From the NCBI GenBank assembly GCA_002269645.1, contig NIVC01001285.1:70679-134678 (forward strand): 64,000 nt of DNA, given 5' to 3'. This DNA comes from Macrostomum lignano. Taxonomy: Eukaryota. Below, piece after piece: positions 12,937-26,199 of the stretch. A program made the position numbers and the translations under genes. The notes beneath the pieces are model-generated. The model had not been told where the DNA came from. It did not search any database and worked only from the letters and a program-made list of their open reading frames with translations. How positions within the stretch are numbered: the stretch's first letter is position 1; each line of letters opens with the position of its first letter.

Positions 12937-13729
12937 AGCATGAACTGTAGTAAACGATATTTATCTAAAAATTTTACACTGAATAGTTAATCATTTTAAC
13001 TGAAATAACGAAACGCTAGTGATTTTAAATTTGTTATGTGCAATACTATCGTTTATTTAAACAAAATATATATAAACTACTTCTAGAATTAATCAAATAA
13101 TGTACTAGATTGAATTTATACTATAAAAATCATGCTAAAAAGAGCCCTGCAGGAAGTGAAGGTTGCATATATATCGTCAGGTAGCTTTGAGGTGTAGCGG
13201 ATTTTAGTTCGAGTACAGAGGGCTAATTTTATTACGATTATATTTATTTTTAATAATTTAACAGTTTAACAAACACTAACTAAAGGAGTAAAAATATGAC
13301 TAATAGAAATACAGCTTGAACCGATCAGGAGGGCGGCGCGAGACGAGGTATAACAATTGAATTCTACACGCGGTTTAAATACCATACAAATTCTTGGAAG
13401 CATACGGTATGGCAAAAATTAAAGAATCATTTTAAATACACATACCTTTTGTTGAAATTAAATACAGCTAATCATAACAAAAAATAAATAAACAAAAATA
13501 TATCATCTAGTAAACTACGGTAATTAAATCTACAACGTTATAGAAGAGGCTAGCTTCCTGGATATAATCTCGGTAGGTTCTTGGACATAGTTTTGGGAAG
13601 ATCCACTGGTAGTTTCCAGGCTATTTATCAGTAGGTTTTTAGGCACATCTTCCAGTAGTTTCCATAGTGTTTTCTCAGTAGGTTTTTGGAGAGATCCTTC
13701 TGTAGTTTGCCGGTATGTTCACGGTAGAT

Positions 13730-14160
13730 TCGAGTAGATTCGGGTAGATTCTTAAATTCTTCGGGCAGATCCTTTGTTGATTTCATGAGAATTCTTTTCG
13801 GTTAGGCTTTTAGATTTTCGGATAAATCATGCTGTTAGGTCTGTTGACACACTATCGAATAGTTATAATGGTCAGGGTCTCTTGGTGTGGGTCTTGCCTG
13901 AGGTGTGGTAGAATTCTGGACGTTTCTCTGATTCGATTCTGGATTAGGACTTAGGGGAATTAGGCTGGCCCTTCAGACAGAATTATCTGCGTGCGAATGC
14001 CTAGAGCAAATTCCTGCAACAGCTCGTACTCGGTTGTGCAGGATTAAGGCAATCATTTTTCTACTCCGTCAGCCAGTCGTGGAAGAAGCGTGAGAAAGAA
14101 GAAATTCATATTTGTCTCTGGAAATTTGCCCTTTTATTAGGTAGCTTAGGTAGTTTGTTG
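13730..14160 (-). mobile_element. Decayed Penelope-like retroelement RT fragment
   Basis: Broken minus-strand peptides LIKGQISRDKYEFL, KRPEFYHTSGKTH and MKSTKDLPEEFKNL resemble the PLE RT N-terminal motifs (P.FY.LPK.HK, IK.T.DF...L), with many stops and frameshifts. Confidence 0.4.
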
Positions 14161-14718
14161 CATGGTCAACAGCCGCTCGAAAATCGAGGAAGGCAACTCG
14201 ACTCGCTCATCCTTGCCTACTAAACTGCATGGTGGAAGTGAGACGATAATAAAGATTTCTATGCTGCATATGCACTGCAGTCACGCGTGAAGAAAGGGCC
14301 TTGTCAATAGCTGAGAATCTTTCAGCCTGTTTCGCAGGGTCGGCCCAACTTTGACAGCTGTGCCAGGCTGGCTCCTACCCCCGCTTCTGTTTCTATCTGC
14401 CTGCTTCTGCTGCTGCATTTTCCTGACAGACTGTCTTGTTTGCACACAATGGCCATCTCCAGTGCCGCTTTGGGTAAGGGATTTGCGTCTGCTGCTGCTA
14501 TAATTGCTTTAACCTGGCTGGAATGTACTTTCTAATTAATAGGATGGCATGGTGGGCGCGTTGAAAAGAATCAGTAAGGAATTTGGCTCGTAAATATGCA
14601 CTTGTCTTGCGTCGATTTGGGTGAAAAGCGCCAGTTTTGATCGACAAAAACTGCGGCGGGATGCTGTATAGACGTTTGCAATAATACTCGACGATTGATG
14701 AAAGCTGGAGTCCTTGTT

Positions 14719-15050
14719 GCTGGCGCCCCTGGTGCTGGCGCCCCTGGTGCTGGCGCCCCTGGTGCTGGCGCCCCTGGTGCTGGCGCCCCTGGTGCTGGCG
14801 CCCCTGGTGCTGGCGCCCCTGGTGCTGGCGCCCCTGGTGCTGGCGCCCCTGGTGCTGGTGCCCCTGGTGCTGGCGCCCCTGGTGCTGGCGCCCCTGGTGC
14901 TGGCGCCCCTGGTGCTGGCGCCCCTGGTGCTGGCGCCCCTGGTGCTGGCGCCCCTGGTGCTGGCGCCCCTGGTGCTGGCGCCCCTGGTGCTGGCGCCCCT
15001 GGTGCTGGCGCCCCTGGTGCTGGCGCACTAGTGCTAAAGCGCCTGGTGCT
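14719..15050. repeat. 15-bp minisatellite (GGTGCTGGCGCCCCT)n, about 20 copies
   Basis: Nearly perfect tandem array, seen directly. Confidence 0.97.
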
Positions 15051-15517
15051 AAAGCGTCTTTCAAGGCAAGGTAATTCACACAGCCAGCACAATTTTAAGA
15101 TATAAATTCTCCGTAAATAAAATACTATAATATTCTTTAGAACCAAGCAATGTATCTAAGGGAAGTAGAGAGCCACCGTCTCCAGCACTTCCCCTCGGTC
15201 ACGCCCCCATTTGCATTCATATAGTTACCATGTAGCAATGCTCTTACCAGCCTTTTCACATCCCGGTGACCTCAAGCTGCAGTTTCCTCTGCTATACTCG
15301 TTACTTTCCTTCGCTTTCCTTCGCTTCCTTCTCTGCATCCATCTTTGCGTTGCTTTCTAGAAATCACTTTTTACTTTCTATTGGAGAACGGAGATCCTGA
15401 CGGCCTGCCAATCATGCGCTGCACAAAAAAGGCACACAAATTTGATGCACTTATTGAAAAATTTACGATGCGATTAATGAACGATAAAGATTTCTATTTT
15501 TATTCAATATACTGGAG

Positions 15518-17100
15518 TAGCAATCCATTCTATTCCAATTGATTTGTGATTGGCTAGATTAGCAATCCATTCTATTCCAATTGATCCGTGATTGGATAGA
15601 TTAGCAATCCATTCTATTCCAATTGAGTTGTGATTGGCTAGATTAGCAATCCATTCTATTCCAATTGATCTGTGATTGGCTAGATTAGCAATCCATTCTA
15701 TTTCAATTGATTTGTGATTAGCTAGATTAGCAATCCATTCTATTCCAATTGATCTGTGATTGGCTAGATTAGCAATCCATTCTATTCCAATTGATTTGTG
15801 ATTGGCTAGATTAGCAATCCATTCTATTCCAAATAATCCGTGATTGGCTAGATTAGCAATCCATTCTATTCCAATTGATTTGTGATTGGCTAGATTAGCA
15901 ATCCATTCTATTCCAATTGATCTGTGATTGGCTAGATTAGCAATCCATTCTATTCCAATTGATTTGTGATTGGCTAGATTAGCAATCCATTCTATTCCAA
16001 TTGATCTGTGATTGGCTAGATTAGCAATCCATTCTATTCCAATTGATCTGTGATTGGCTAGATTAGCAATCCATTCTATTCCAATTGATCTGTGATTGGC
16101 TAGATTAGCAATCCATTCTATTCCAATTGATTTGTGATTGGCTAGATTAGCAATCCATTCTATTCCAAATAATCCGTGATTGGCTAGATTAGCAATCCAT
16201 TCTATTCCAATTGATTTGTGATTGGCTAGATTAGCAATCCATTCTATTCCAATTGATCTGTGATTGGCTAGATTAGCAATCCATTCTATTCCAATTGATT
16301 TGTGATTGGCTAGATTAGCAATCCATTCTATTCCAATTGATCTGTGATTGGCTAGATTAGCAATCCATTCTATTCCAATTGATCTGTGATTGGCTAGATT
16401 AGCAATCCATTCTATTCCAATTGATTTGTGATTGGCTAGATTAGCAATCCATTCTATTCCAATTGATCTGTGATTGGCTAGATTAGCAATCCATTCTATT
16501 CCAATTGATCTGTGATTGGCTAGATTAGCAATCCATTCTATTCCAATTGATTTGTGATTGGCTAGATTAGCAATCCATTCTATTCCAATTGATCTGTGAT
16601 TGGCTAGATTAGCAATCCATTCTATTCCAATTGATTTGTGATTGGCTAGATTAGCAATCCATTCTATTCCAATTGATCTGTGATTGGCTAGATTAGCAAT
16701 CCATTCTATTCCAATTGATCTGTGATTGGCTAGATTAGCAATCCATTCTATTCCAATTGATTTGTGATTAGCTAGATTAGCAATCCATTCTATTCCAATT
16801 GATCTGTGATTGGCTAGATTAGCAATCCATTCTATTACAATTGATTTGTGATTGGCTAGATTAGCAATCCATTCTATTCCAATTGATCTGTGATTGGCTA
16901 GATTAGCAATCCGTTCTATTCCGATTGATCTGTGATTGGCTAGATTAGCAATCCATTCTATTCCAATTGATTTGTGATTGGCTAGATTAGCAATCCATTC
17001 TATTCCAATTGATTTGTGATTGGCTAGATTAGCAATCCATACTGCTCTAATTGGCTAGATTAGCAATCCATACTGCTCTAATTGGCTAGATTAGCAATCC
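15518..17100. repeat. 42-bp minisatellite, about 36 copies plus shortened terminal units
   Basis: Unit tagcaatccattctattccaattgat(t/c)tgtgattggctagat; period 42 (15518 to 15560). Confidence 0.97.
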
Positions 17101-17638
17101 ATTCCCATTTCTTCATTAGTAATCCAACTCACGTATTCATTCAACACACGTGCTTGTACGGTAAAATCAAGTTTGACACAGGTCTTATCAGCACTATTCT
17201 ACAATATTTGATGAAGAATAGAATGGACGATGCAGAGCAGCCATTGCAGTGCCAATGCGGGCTCGCACAGAGGGGTGCAGAAGCCCTAACTCTCCATCCA
17301 GACAGACTGACAGCTCGAAGTCCCGCAACTGATTGAGTTATTCTGCTTGGAAGGGTCGCATATTTTTGGGAATTAGATATCGACTCACTGATGTAGGACG
17401 AAGCTGGAAGACGAATACAAATGAGGACTTCTAGAACAGAACTGGCTGGTTTGAAGTCTGCTTCAATTATTGATTTTAGTGCAAATAAGGTAGGAAACTG
17501 GACTTTTATAAATAGTTTACAACATATTCACCACTTTATTGAAGCTCCTTGTACAGTGCAGACGTTCTTAGTCCTATTCAACATTGGTATTTTTCTGAAA
17601 GGATTTCTCTTTCTATTGAAAGAAAATGCTCACAGGGA

Positions 17639-18140
17639 AGTTGCTGAGATGCCATGGCTCAACTGGGGGGAGGGGGGTTGCTGAGATGCCATGGCTCAAC
17701 TGGGGGAGGGGGTTGCTGAGATGCCATGGCTCAAGTGGGGGAGTTGCTGAGAAGCCATGGCTCAAGTGCGGGAGTTGCTGAGATGCCATGGCTCAAGTGG
17801 GGGAGTTGCTGAGATGCCATGGCTCAAGTGGGGGAGTTGCTGAGATGCCATGGCTCAAGTGGGGGAGTTGCTGAGATGCCATGGCTCAAGTGGGGAGTTG
17901 CTGAGATGCCATGGCTCAAGTGGGGGAGTTGCTGAGATGCCATGGCTCAAGTGGGAGAGTTGCTGAGATGCCATGGCTCAAGTGCGGGAGTTGCTGAGAT
18001 GCCATGGCTCAAGTGGGGGAGTTGCTGAGATGCCATGGCTCAAGTGGGGGAGTTGCTGAGATGCCATGGCTCAAGTGGGGGGAGGGAGTTGCTGAGATGC
18101 CATGGCTCAAATTGGGGGGGGGTTGTTGAGATGCCATGGT
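17639..18140. repeat. About 31-bp minisatellite (gttgctgagatgccatggctcaagtggggga), about 15 copies
   Basis: Tandem array with an internal GCCATGGC palindrome and a variable G-run. Confidence 0.95.
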
Positions 18141-18589
18141 ATCTGGCTTAAGTAGCGCTTAGTTTCCAATTCAGATACAATATTTGGTGATCCATGAATA
18201 GGAACTCGATATTTGAGCTTGTGTGCGCGGGGGGATTTGAGAGCTGACACAGCAAGCTGCGCCTTAATGCTGTTTGAGTACATCAGACAAGATTAGGCTG
18301 GGGAATAACATTCTGCAACAAGATTGAGCTGGATTGACTTTGCGACTTTGTCACGACAACCAGATAAGAGTCCTGTTATCCGGGTATGTTAATTAACTCT
18401 CGAGAGGCATTCTAATCTCGTACTAAGTAGGAATTGTACTAGCAACAAGGGTGGGGGTGACTGGCTTGTCCGACAAATTAAGCTCTGCTTTTGGTGGGAG
18501 TTGATCAATTCTCTGGTCAGCTGAGGAATGTTTTTGAGAAACATTAGTCTGGCACAATCTGATGTATTCATATTTTTGTTAATCTCCCC

Positions 18590-19700
18590 ATCTCCCCATC
18601 TCACCCTCTATTTCCTTATCTCACCGCCTCTCTCCCTATTTCACCCTCTCCTCACTTATCTCATCCCTCTCTCTCTCTCACCCTATCTCACCCTTCTTTC
18701 TCCCATCTCACCTTCTCCTACATTATCTCACCGCCTCTCTCCCATCTCACCTTCTCCTACATTATCTCACCGCCTCTCTCCCATCTCACCTTCTCCTACA
18801 TTATCTCACCGCCTCTCACCCTATCCCCCCTCTCCTACATTATCTCACGGCCTCTCTCCCTATCCCCCCTCTCTAGATTATCTCACCGCCTCTCTCCCTA
18901 TCCCCCCTCTCTACATTATCTCATCGCCTCTCTCCCTATCCCCCCTCTCCTACATTATCTCACGGCCTCTCTCCCTATCCCCCCTCTCCTACATTATCTC
19001 ACGGCCTCTCTCCCTATCTCACCCTCTCCTACATTATCTCACGGCCTCTCTCCCTATCTCACCCTCTCCTACATTATCTCACGGTCTCTCTCCCTATCCC
19101 CCTCTCTACATTATCTCACCGCCTCTCTCCTTATCCCCCTCTCTACATTATCTCACCGCCTCTCTCCCTATCTCACCCTCTCTAGATTATCTCACGGCCT
19201 CTCTCCCTATCTCACCCTCTCCTACATTATCTCACCGCCTCTCTCCCTATCCCCCCTCTATACATTATCTCACCGCCTCTCTCCCTATCTCACCCTCTCT
19301 AGATTATCTCACGGCCTCTCTCCCTATCTCACCCTCTCCTACATTATCTCACCGCCTCTCTCCCTATCCCCCCTCTCTAGATTATCTCACCGCCTCTCTC
19401 TCTATCCCCCCTCTCTAGATTATCTCACCCGCCTCTCTCTCTATCTCACCGTCTCCCCACTTATCTCACCCCTCTCTCTCTCTCACCGTCTCCCCACTTA
19501 TCTCACCCCTCTCTCTCTCTCACCCTATCTCACCCGTCTTTCTCCCTATCTCAACATCTGTCCCTATCCCACACCCCTCTCCTTTTCTGTCTCTCCCCCT
19601 CTCTTCTACCATCTGCATAACTATCTTTTCTGTCTCTACCCTTCTCCTCTCTCTCACACTTCCTTCCCACTCTGCCCCCCTCTTTCTCTCTCTGCAGCCT
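18590..19700. repeat. Pyrimidine-rich minisatellite, about 36-38-bp unit (tctcaccgcctctctccctatccccctctcctacatta), grading into CT-rich sequence
   Basis: Tandem array, seen directly. Confidence 0.9.
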
Positions 19701-20391
19701 TTGCACATCTCATCCACTTTCTAGCGATTTCTCTTTGACCTTCGTTTCTTTGAAATTCTATATCTGATCTTTTTATCTTCCCTCAGTGTCCCTCCGTGTC
19801 CCCAAGTGCACTTCACAGCTCAATCATTTTGTCAAGCAATTCACACGAAGTCACGTATTTAAAGAATTCTACAAGCAAAGATGATCGACTGTCGATCTCA
19901 AATGATGACTTTTAGCAGCTTGAAGCAGATTCCACATATTAAGGCCCTACAAATTACAGTTACAGTTCTCCTATTCGAAAATCTTTTCATTTTTTTCTGA
20001 CATTCATGCATCCTAGCTCTTTTCATCTAGCCAGGAGGTCAAGTTTTCTTTCCCAAATCCCACTAGAACTGCCTCTCCAGGACAGAAATGGGATGTGCCG
20101 GCTGACACAACCTCTTCCCCAATGACAGAGAAATCTCCCTTTGCTTCTAAGGCCCAATGGCGAGGCTATTGGAGGTTCTGGTCAAACTCCCAAACCTTCC
20201 CCTTAAATACTAGTTCCGATTGCACAAGTCCACTTCAATGGACACGGGCCCACTGTATAAGTAAGTAAAGTGAAACACGGAAAAGTTCCTAGTCGAAATA
20301 CAACTCGAAGGATAAGAAGTCAAATTCAGGTGAGCTTCTTTACTTGACTGCAGTAAAATTTTCTATGGTTATTAGAAAGATAGCAAGATTC

Positions 20392-23300
20392 TAGTAACCT
20401 CAAACTGGCGCTTCTAGTAACCTTAAACTGGCGCTTCTAGTAACCTCAAACTGGCGCTTCTAGTAAACTTAAAGTGGCGCTTCTAGTAACCTCAAAGTGG
20501 CGCTTCTAGTAACCTCAAAGTGGCGCTTCTAGTAACCTTAAAGTGGCGCTTCTAGTAACCTTAAAGTGGCGCTTCTAGTAACTTCAAACTGGCGCTTCTA
20601 GTAAACTTAAAGTGGCGCTTCTAGTAACCTCAAAGTGGCGCTTCTAGTAACCTTAAAGTGGCGCTTCTAGTAACCTTAAAGTGGCGCTTCTAGTAACCTT
20701 AAAGTGGCTCTTCTAGTAACTTCAAACTGGCGCTTCTAGTAAACTTAAAGTGGCGCTTCTAGTAATCTCAAAGTGGCGCTTCTAGTAACCTCAAAGTGGC
20801 GCTTCTAGTAACCTTAAAATGGCGCTTCTAGTAACCTTAAAGTGGCGCTTCTAGTAACCTCAAAGTGGCGCTTCTAGTAAACTCAAACTGGCGCTTCTAG
20901 TAACCTCAAACTGGCGCTTCTAGTAACCTCAAACTGGCGCTTCTAGTAACCTCAAACTGGCGCTTCTAGTAACCTCAAACTGGCGCTTCTAGTAACCTCA
21001 AAGTGGCGCTTCTAGTAACCTCAAACTGGCGCTTCTAGTAACCTCAAACTGGCGCTTCTAGTAACCTCAAACTGGCGCTTCTAGTAACCTCAAACTGGCG
21101 CTTCTAGTAACCTCAAACTGGCGCTTCTAGTAACCTCAAAGTGGCGCTTCTAGTAACCTCAAAGTGGCGCTTCTAGTAACCTTAAAATGGCGCTTCTAGT
21201 AACCTTAAACTGGCGCTTCTAGTAACCTCAAACTGGCGCTTCTAGTAACCTCAAAGTGGCGCTTCTAGTAACCATAAAGTGGCGCTTCTAGTAACCTTAA
21301 AGTGGCGCTTCTAGTAACCTTAAACTGGCGCTTCTAGTAACCTCAAACTGGCGCTTCTAGTAACCTTAAAGTGGAGCTTCTAGTAACCTCAAAGTGGCGC
21401 TTCTAGTAACCTCAAAGTGGCGCTTCTAGTAACCTCAAACTGGCGCTTCTAGTAACCTCAAACTGGCGCTTCTAGTAACCTCAAACTGGCGCTTCTAGTA
21501 AACTTAAAGTGGCGCTTCTAGTAACCTCAAACTGGCGCTTCTAGTAAACTTAAAGTGGCGCTTCTAGTAACCTCAAACTGGCGCTTCTAGTAAACTTAAA
21601 GTGGCGCTTCTAGTAACCTCAAACTGGCGCTTCTAGTAAACTTAAAGTGGCGCTTCTAGTAAACTTAAAGTGGCGCTTCCAGTAACCTTAAAGTGGCGCT
21701 TCTAGTAACCTCAAAGTGGCGCTTCTAGTAACCTTAAAATGGCGCTTCTAGTAACCTCAAACTGGCGCTTCTAGTAACCTCAAACTGGCGCTTCTAGTAA
21801 CCTCAAAGTGGCGCTTCTAGTAACCATAAAGTGGCGCTTCTAGTAACCTTAAAGTGGCGCTTCTAGTAACCTTAAACTGGCGCTTCTAGTAACCTCAAAC
21901 TGGCGCTTCTAGTAACCTTAAAGTGGAGCTTCTAGTAACCTCAAAGTGGCGCTTCTAGTAACCTCAAAGTGGCGCTTCTAGTAACCTCAAACTGGCGCTT
22001 CTAGAACCTCAAACTGGCGCTTCTAGTAAACTTAAAGTGGCGCTTCTAGTAACCTCAAACTGGCGCTTCTAGTAAACTTAAAGTGGCGCTTCTAGTAACC
22101 TCAAACTGGCGCTTCTAGTAAACTTAAAGTGGCGCTTCTAGTAACCTCAAACTGGCGCTTCTAGTAAACTTAAAGTGGCGCTTCTAGTAACCTCAAACTG
22201 GCGCTTCTAGTAAACTTAAAGTGGCGCTTCTAGTAAACTTAAAGTGGCGCTTCCAGTAACCTTAAAGTGGCGCTTCTAGTAACCTCAAAGTGGTGCTTCT
22301 AGTAACCTCAAACTGGCGCTTCTAGTAACCTCAAACTGGCGCTTCTAGTAACCTCAAAGTGGCGCTTCTAGTAACCTCAAACTGGCGCTTCTAGTAACCT
22401 CAAACTGGCGCTTCTAGTAACCTCAAACTGGCGCTTCTAGTAACCTCAAAGTGGCGCTTCTAGTAACCTCAAACTGGCGCTTCTAGTAACCTCAAAGTGG
22501 CGCTTCTAGTAACCTCAAAGTGGCGCTTCTAGTAACCTTAAAATGGCGCTTCTAGTAACCTTAAACTGGCGCTTCTAGTAACCTCAAACTGGCGCTTCTA
22601 GTAACCTTAAAATGGCGCTTCTAGTAACCTTAAAGTGGCGCTTCTAGTAACCTTAAAAAGGCGCTTCCAATAACCTCAAACTGGCGCTTCTAGTAACCTC
22701 AAAGTGGCGCTTCTAGTAAACTTAAAGTGGCGCTTCTAGTAACCTCAAAGTGGTGCTTCTAGTAACCTCAAAGTGGTGCTTCTAGTAACCTCAAAGTGGT
22801 GCTTCTAGTAACCTCAAAGTGGCGCTTCTAGTAAACTTAAAGTGGCGCTTCTAGTAACCTCAAAGTGGTGCTTCTAGTAACCTCAAAGTGGCGCTTCCAG
22901 TAACGTCAAAGTGGCGCTTCTAGTAATCTCAAAGTGGTGCTTCTAGTAACCTCAAAGTGGCGCTTCTAGTAACCTCAAAGTGGTGCCTCTAGTAACCTCA
23001 AAGTGGCGCTTCCAGTAACCTCAAAGTGGCGCTTCTAGTAACCTCAAACTGGCGCTTCCAGTAACCTCAAAGTGGAGCTTCTAGTAACCTCAAAGTGGCG
23101 TTTCTAGTAACCTCAAACTGGCGCTTCTAGTAACCTTAAAGTGGCGCTTCTAGTAACCATAAAGTGGCGCTTCTAGTAACCTTAAAGTGGCGCTTCTAGT
23201 AACCTTAAAGTGGCGCTTCCAGTAACCTCAAACTGGCGCTTCTAGTAACCTCAAAGTGGCGCTTCTAGTAACCATAAAGTGGCGCTTCTAGTAACCTTAA

Positions 23301-24045
23301 AGTGGCGCTTCTAGTAACCTTAAACTGGCGCTTCTAGTAACCTCAAACTGGCGCTTCTAGTAACCTTAAAGTGGAGCTTCTAGTAACCTCAAAGTGGCGC
23401 TTCTAGTAACCTCAAAGTGGCGCTTCTAGTAACCTCAAACTGGCGCTTCTAGTAACCTCAAACTGGCGCTTCTAGTAAACTTAAAGTGGCGCTTCTAGTA
23501 ACCTCAAACTGGCGCTTCTAGTAAACTTAAAGTGGCGCTTCTAGTAACCTCAAACTGGCGCTTCTAGTAAACTTAAAGTGGCGCTTCTAGTAACCTCAAA
23601 GTGGCGCTTCTAGTAACCTCAAAGTGGCGCTTCTAGTAACCTCAAAGTGGCGCTTCTAGTAACCTCAAAGTGGCGCTTCTAGTAACCTCAAAGTGGCGCT
23701 TCTAGTAACCTCAAAGTGGCGCTTCTAGTAACCTCAAAGTGGCGCTTCTAGTAACCTCAAAGTGGCGCTTCTAGTAACCTCAAAGTGGCGCTTCTAGTAA
23801 CCTCAAAGTGGCGCTTCTAGTAACCTCAAACTGGCGCTTCTAGTAACCTCAAATTGGCGCTTCTAGTAAACTTAAAGTGGCGCTTCTAGTAACCTCAAAC
23901 TGGCGCTTCTAGTAACCTCAAACTGGCGCTTCTAGTAACCTCAAACTGGCGCTTCTAGTAAACTTAAAGTGGCGCTTCTAGTAACCTCAAACTGGCGCTT
24001 CTAGTAACCTTAAAGTGGCGCTTCTAGTAACCTCAAATTGGCACC
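20392..24045. repeat. 23-bp minisatellite (ctagtaacctcaaagtggcgctt)n, about 155-160 copies
   Basis: Tandem array with a few recurring variant units. Confidence 0.97.
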
Positions 24046-24514
24046 TCTCGTAACTCGAAAGTGGTACCTTTAGTAAGAAAAATAGCGCCCGCTTGTACTC
24101 AAAGTAGCGCCGAAAGTACTAAGTTTTCCATGTTAGCAGACGAAGAAATTGGACTCAATCGCAGATTCCCTTGAGATTTGTTTCTTGACAAAAACATCAG
24201 TCTTTTTATCACGTCTAAGCCATTTTTGTGAGAGAAGATATTTTAATTCTAAGCACGATCTTGTCGATTTTAATAATTTAATGCCAACTGGAAAAGCGCC
24301 ACTCTTTGCGGCGCAATTTAAATGAAGCGAATTGAATCCAGAATTTTTTTTCTGCTTTCTGTTATCTGCAGCTTGTGTTTTGTAGAATGTCTGGGTGACT
24401 TTTAAATTCTTTTAAATGGGAGACTTTTTAACGCTTAATCACTGAAGTACGAGTATAACTTTTTTTCAATATTTAAAGTACACGTAGATTTTACCACGTC
24501 TGTTCAAAATGGAT

Positions 24515-25470
24515 CTTTCTTCTCTTCTCTCTCTCCTCTCCTCTCCCCATTCTCTCTCCTCTTTTCTCCCCATTCTCTCTCCTCTTTTCTCCCCATTCTC
24601 TCTCCTCTTTTCTCCCCATTCTCTCTCCTCTTTTCTCCCCATTCTCTCTCCTCTCCTCTCCCCATTCTCTCTCCTCTCCTCTCCCCATTCTCTCTCCTCT
24701 TTTCTCCCCATTCTCTCTCCTCTCCTCTCCCCATTCTCTCTCCTCTTTTCTCCCCATTCTCTCTCCTCTTTTCTCCCCATTCTCTCTCCTCTTTTCTCCC
24801 CATTCTCTCTCCTCTTTTCTCCCCATTCTCTCTCCTCTCCTCTCCCCATTCTCTCTCCTCTCCTCTCCCCATTCTCTCTCCTCTCCTCTCCCCATTCTCT
24901 CTCCTCTCCTCTCCCCATTCTCTCTCCTCTTTTCTCCCCATTCTCTCTCCTCTTTTCTCCCCATTCTCTCTCCTCTTTTCTCCCCATTCTCTCTCCTCTC
25001 CTCTCCCCATTCTCTCTCCTCTCCTCTCCCCATTCTCTCTCCTCTTTTCTCCCCATTCTCTCTCCTCTCCTCTCCCCATTCTCTCTCCTCTCCTCTCCCC
25101 ATTCTCTCTCCTCTTTTCTCCCCATTCTCTCTCCTCTTTTCTCCCCATTCTCTCTCCTCTTCTCTCCCCATTCTCTCTCCTCTTCTCTCCCCATTCTCTC
25201 TCCTCTTTTCTCCCCATTCTCTCTCCTCTCCTCTCCCCATTCTCTCTCCTCTTTTCTCCCCATTCTCTCTCCTCTTTTCTCCCCATTCTCTCTCCTCTCC
25301 TCTCCCCATTCTCTCTCCTCTTTTCTCTCCTCCCCTCTCTCCCCTTTCCTGTCTCTCCTCTCCTCTCCTCTCCTCTTCCCATTTTTCTCATCTCTCTCTT
25401 CGCTTCTCTCATTTCCTCTCTTCTCTCCATTACTATGCTGTCTTAAATTCTCTCTCTTCTGCCTTCTCCT
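24515..25470. repeat. 23-bp polypyrimidine minisatellite (tctctcctcttttctccccattc)n
   Basis: Tandem array; the + strand is almost purely pyrimidine. Confidence 0.95.
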
Positions 25471-25804
25471 TTAAAAAGTACATTTCCAGCCTATTTTAAA
25501 CCCAATAATTTTATCCTCAATCGCACTTATAGACAGGACTAGCAATCTAGTGCGGCCCCCCTTCGGGGCGCCCAATAAGAAAGGAGCAAAAATAGTTCAT
25601 GGAAAACAAAAAAAAAACACATTTTCTTAAACACTAATTCCTTCTTCACATTTTAAAAATCACCTTATTCGTGTAAAATTGTCACGGACTAAGATGTTTG
25701 CAAAATTAAAAAATCACATTTTCTCTAAAATTAACAAACAGTCAACAAAATATCGTTTCCCTAAATAGAAAATATTCCCAAGACAGCAAGCAACCCCCTC
25801 CAAA

Positions 25805-26190
25805 AGTGAACAATCGCAGATAGCAAGCATCCTCTAATGCTCATAGCAAGAATCACCACAGATAGCAAGCATCTGCAGATTAGCAAGCACCCCCCAGATA
25901 TTATAGAAGCATCCACCCAGATAGCAAGCATTCTGCAGATAGCAAGCACCCCCAGATATTATAGAAGCATTCTGCAGATAGCAAGCACCCCCCAGATATT
26001 ATAGAAGCATCCACCCAGATAGCAAGCATCCTGCAGATAGCAAGAATCCCTAAATAGCAAGCATCCTGCAGATAGCAAGAATCCCTGAATAGCAAGCATC
26101 CCTGGATAGAAAGAATCCCATGCATGTAGCCAGTACCCCCTCTCCCAAATAGCAAGTATCCCCCCTCGAGAGCAAGCATCCACGAGACAG
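25805..26190. repeat. 18-bp-based minisatellite (agatagcaagcatccccc), degenerate; inside Helitron copy 1
   Basis: Same unit as at 33758-34085; ends at the shared anchor aagtagctagtgcaa. Confidence 0.9.
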
Positions 26191-26199
26191 CAAGTAGCT

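Larger units (their letters stand above)
17180..20260 (+). pseudogene. Possible decayed leucine-rich-repeat gene interrupted by minisatellites
   Basis: LRR-like fragments in different frames: EVPQLIELFCLEGSHIFGN, LAGLKSASIIDFSANK, TRLSWIDF..HDNQI, FLRNISLAQ, and a possible LRRCT piece DCTSPLQW. Many stops. Confidence 0.3.

Noticed and set aside
14498-15146. ORFs with GAPAP, HQGRQ and VLAPL repeats
   Set aside because: These are translations of the 15-bp minisatellite, open in several frames on both strands, with no splice or start context.
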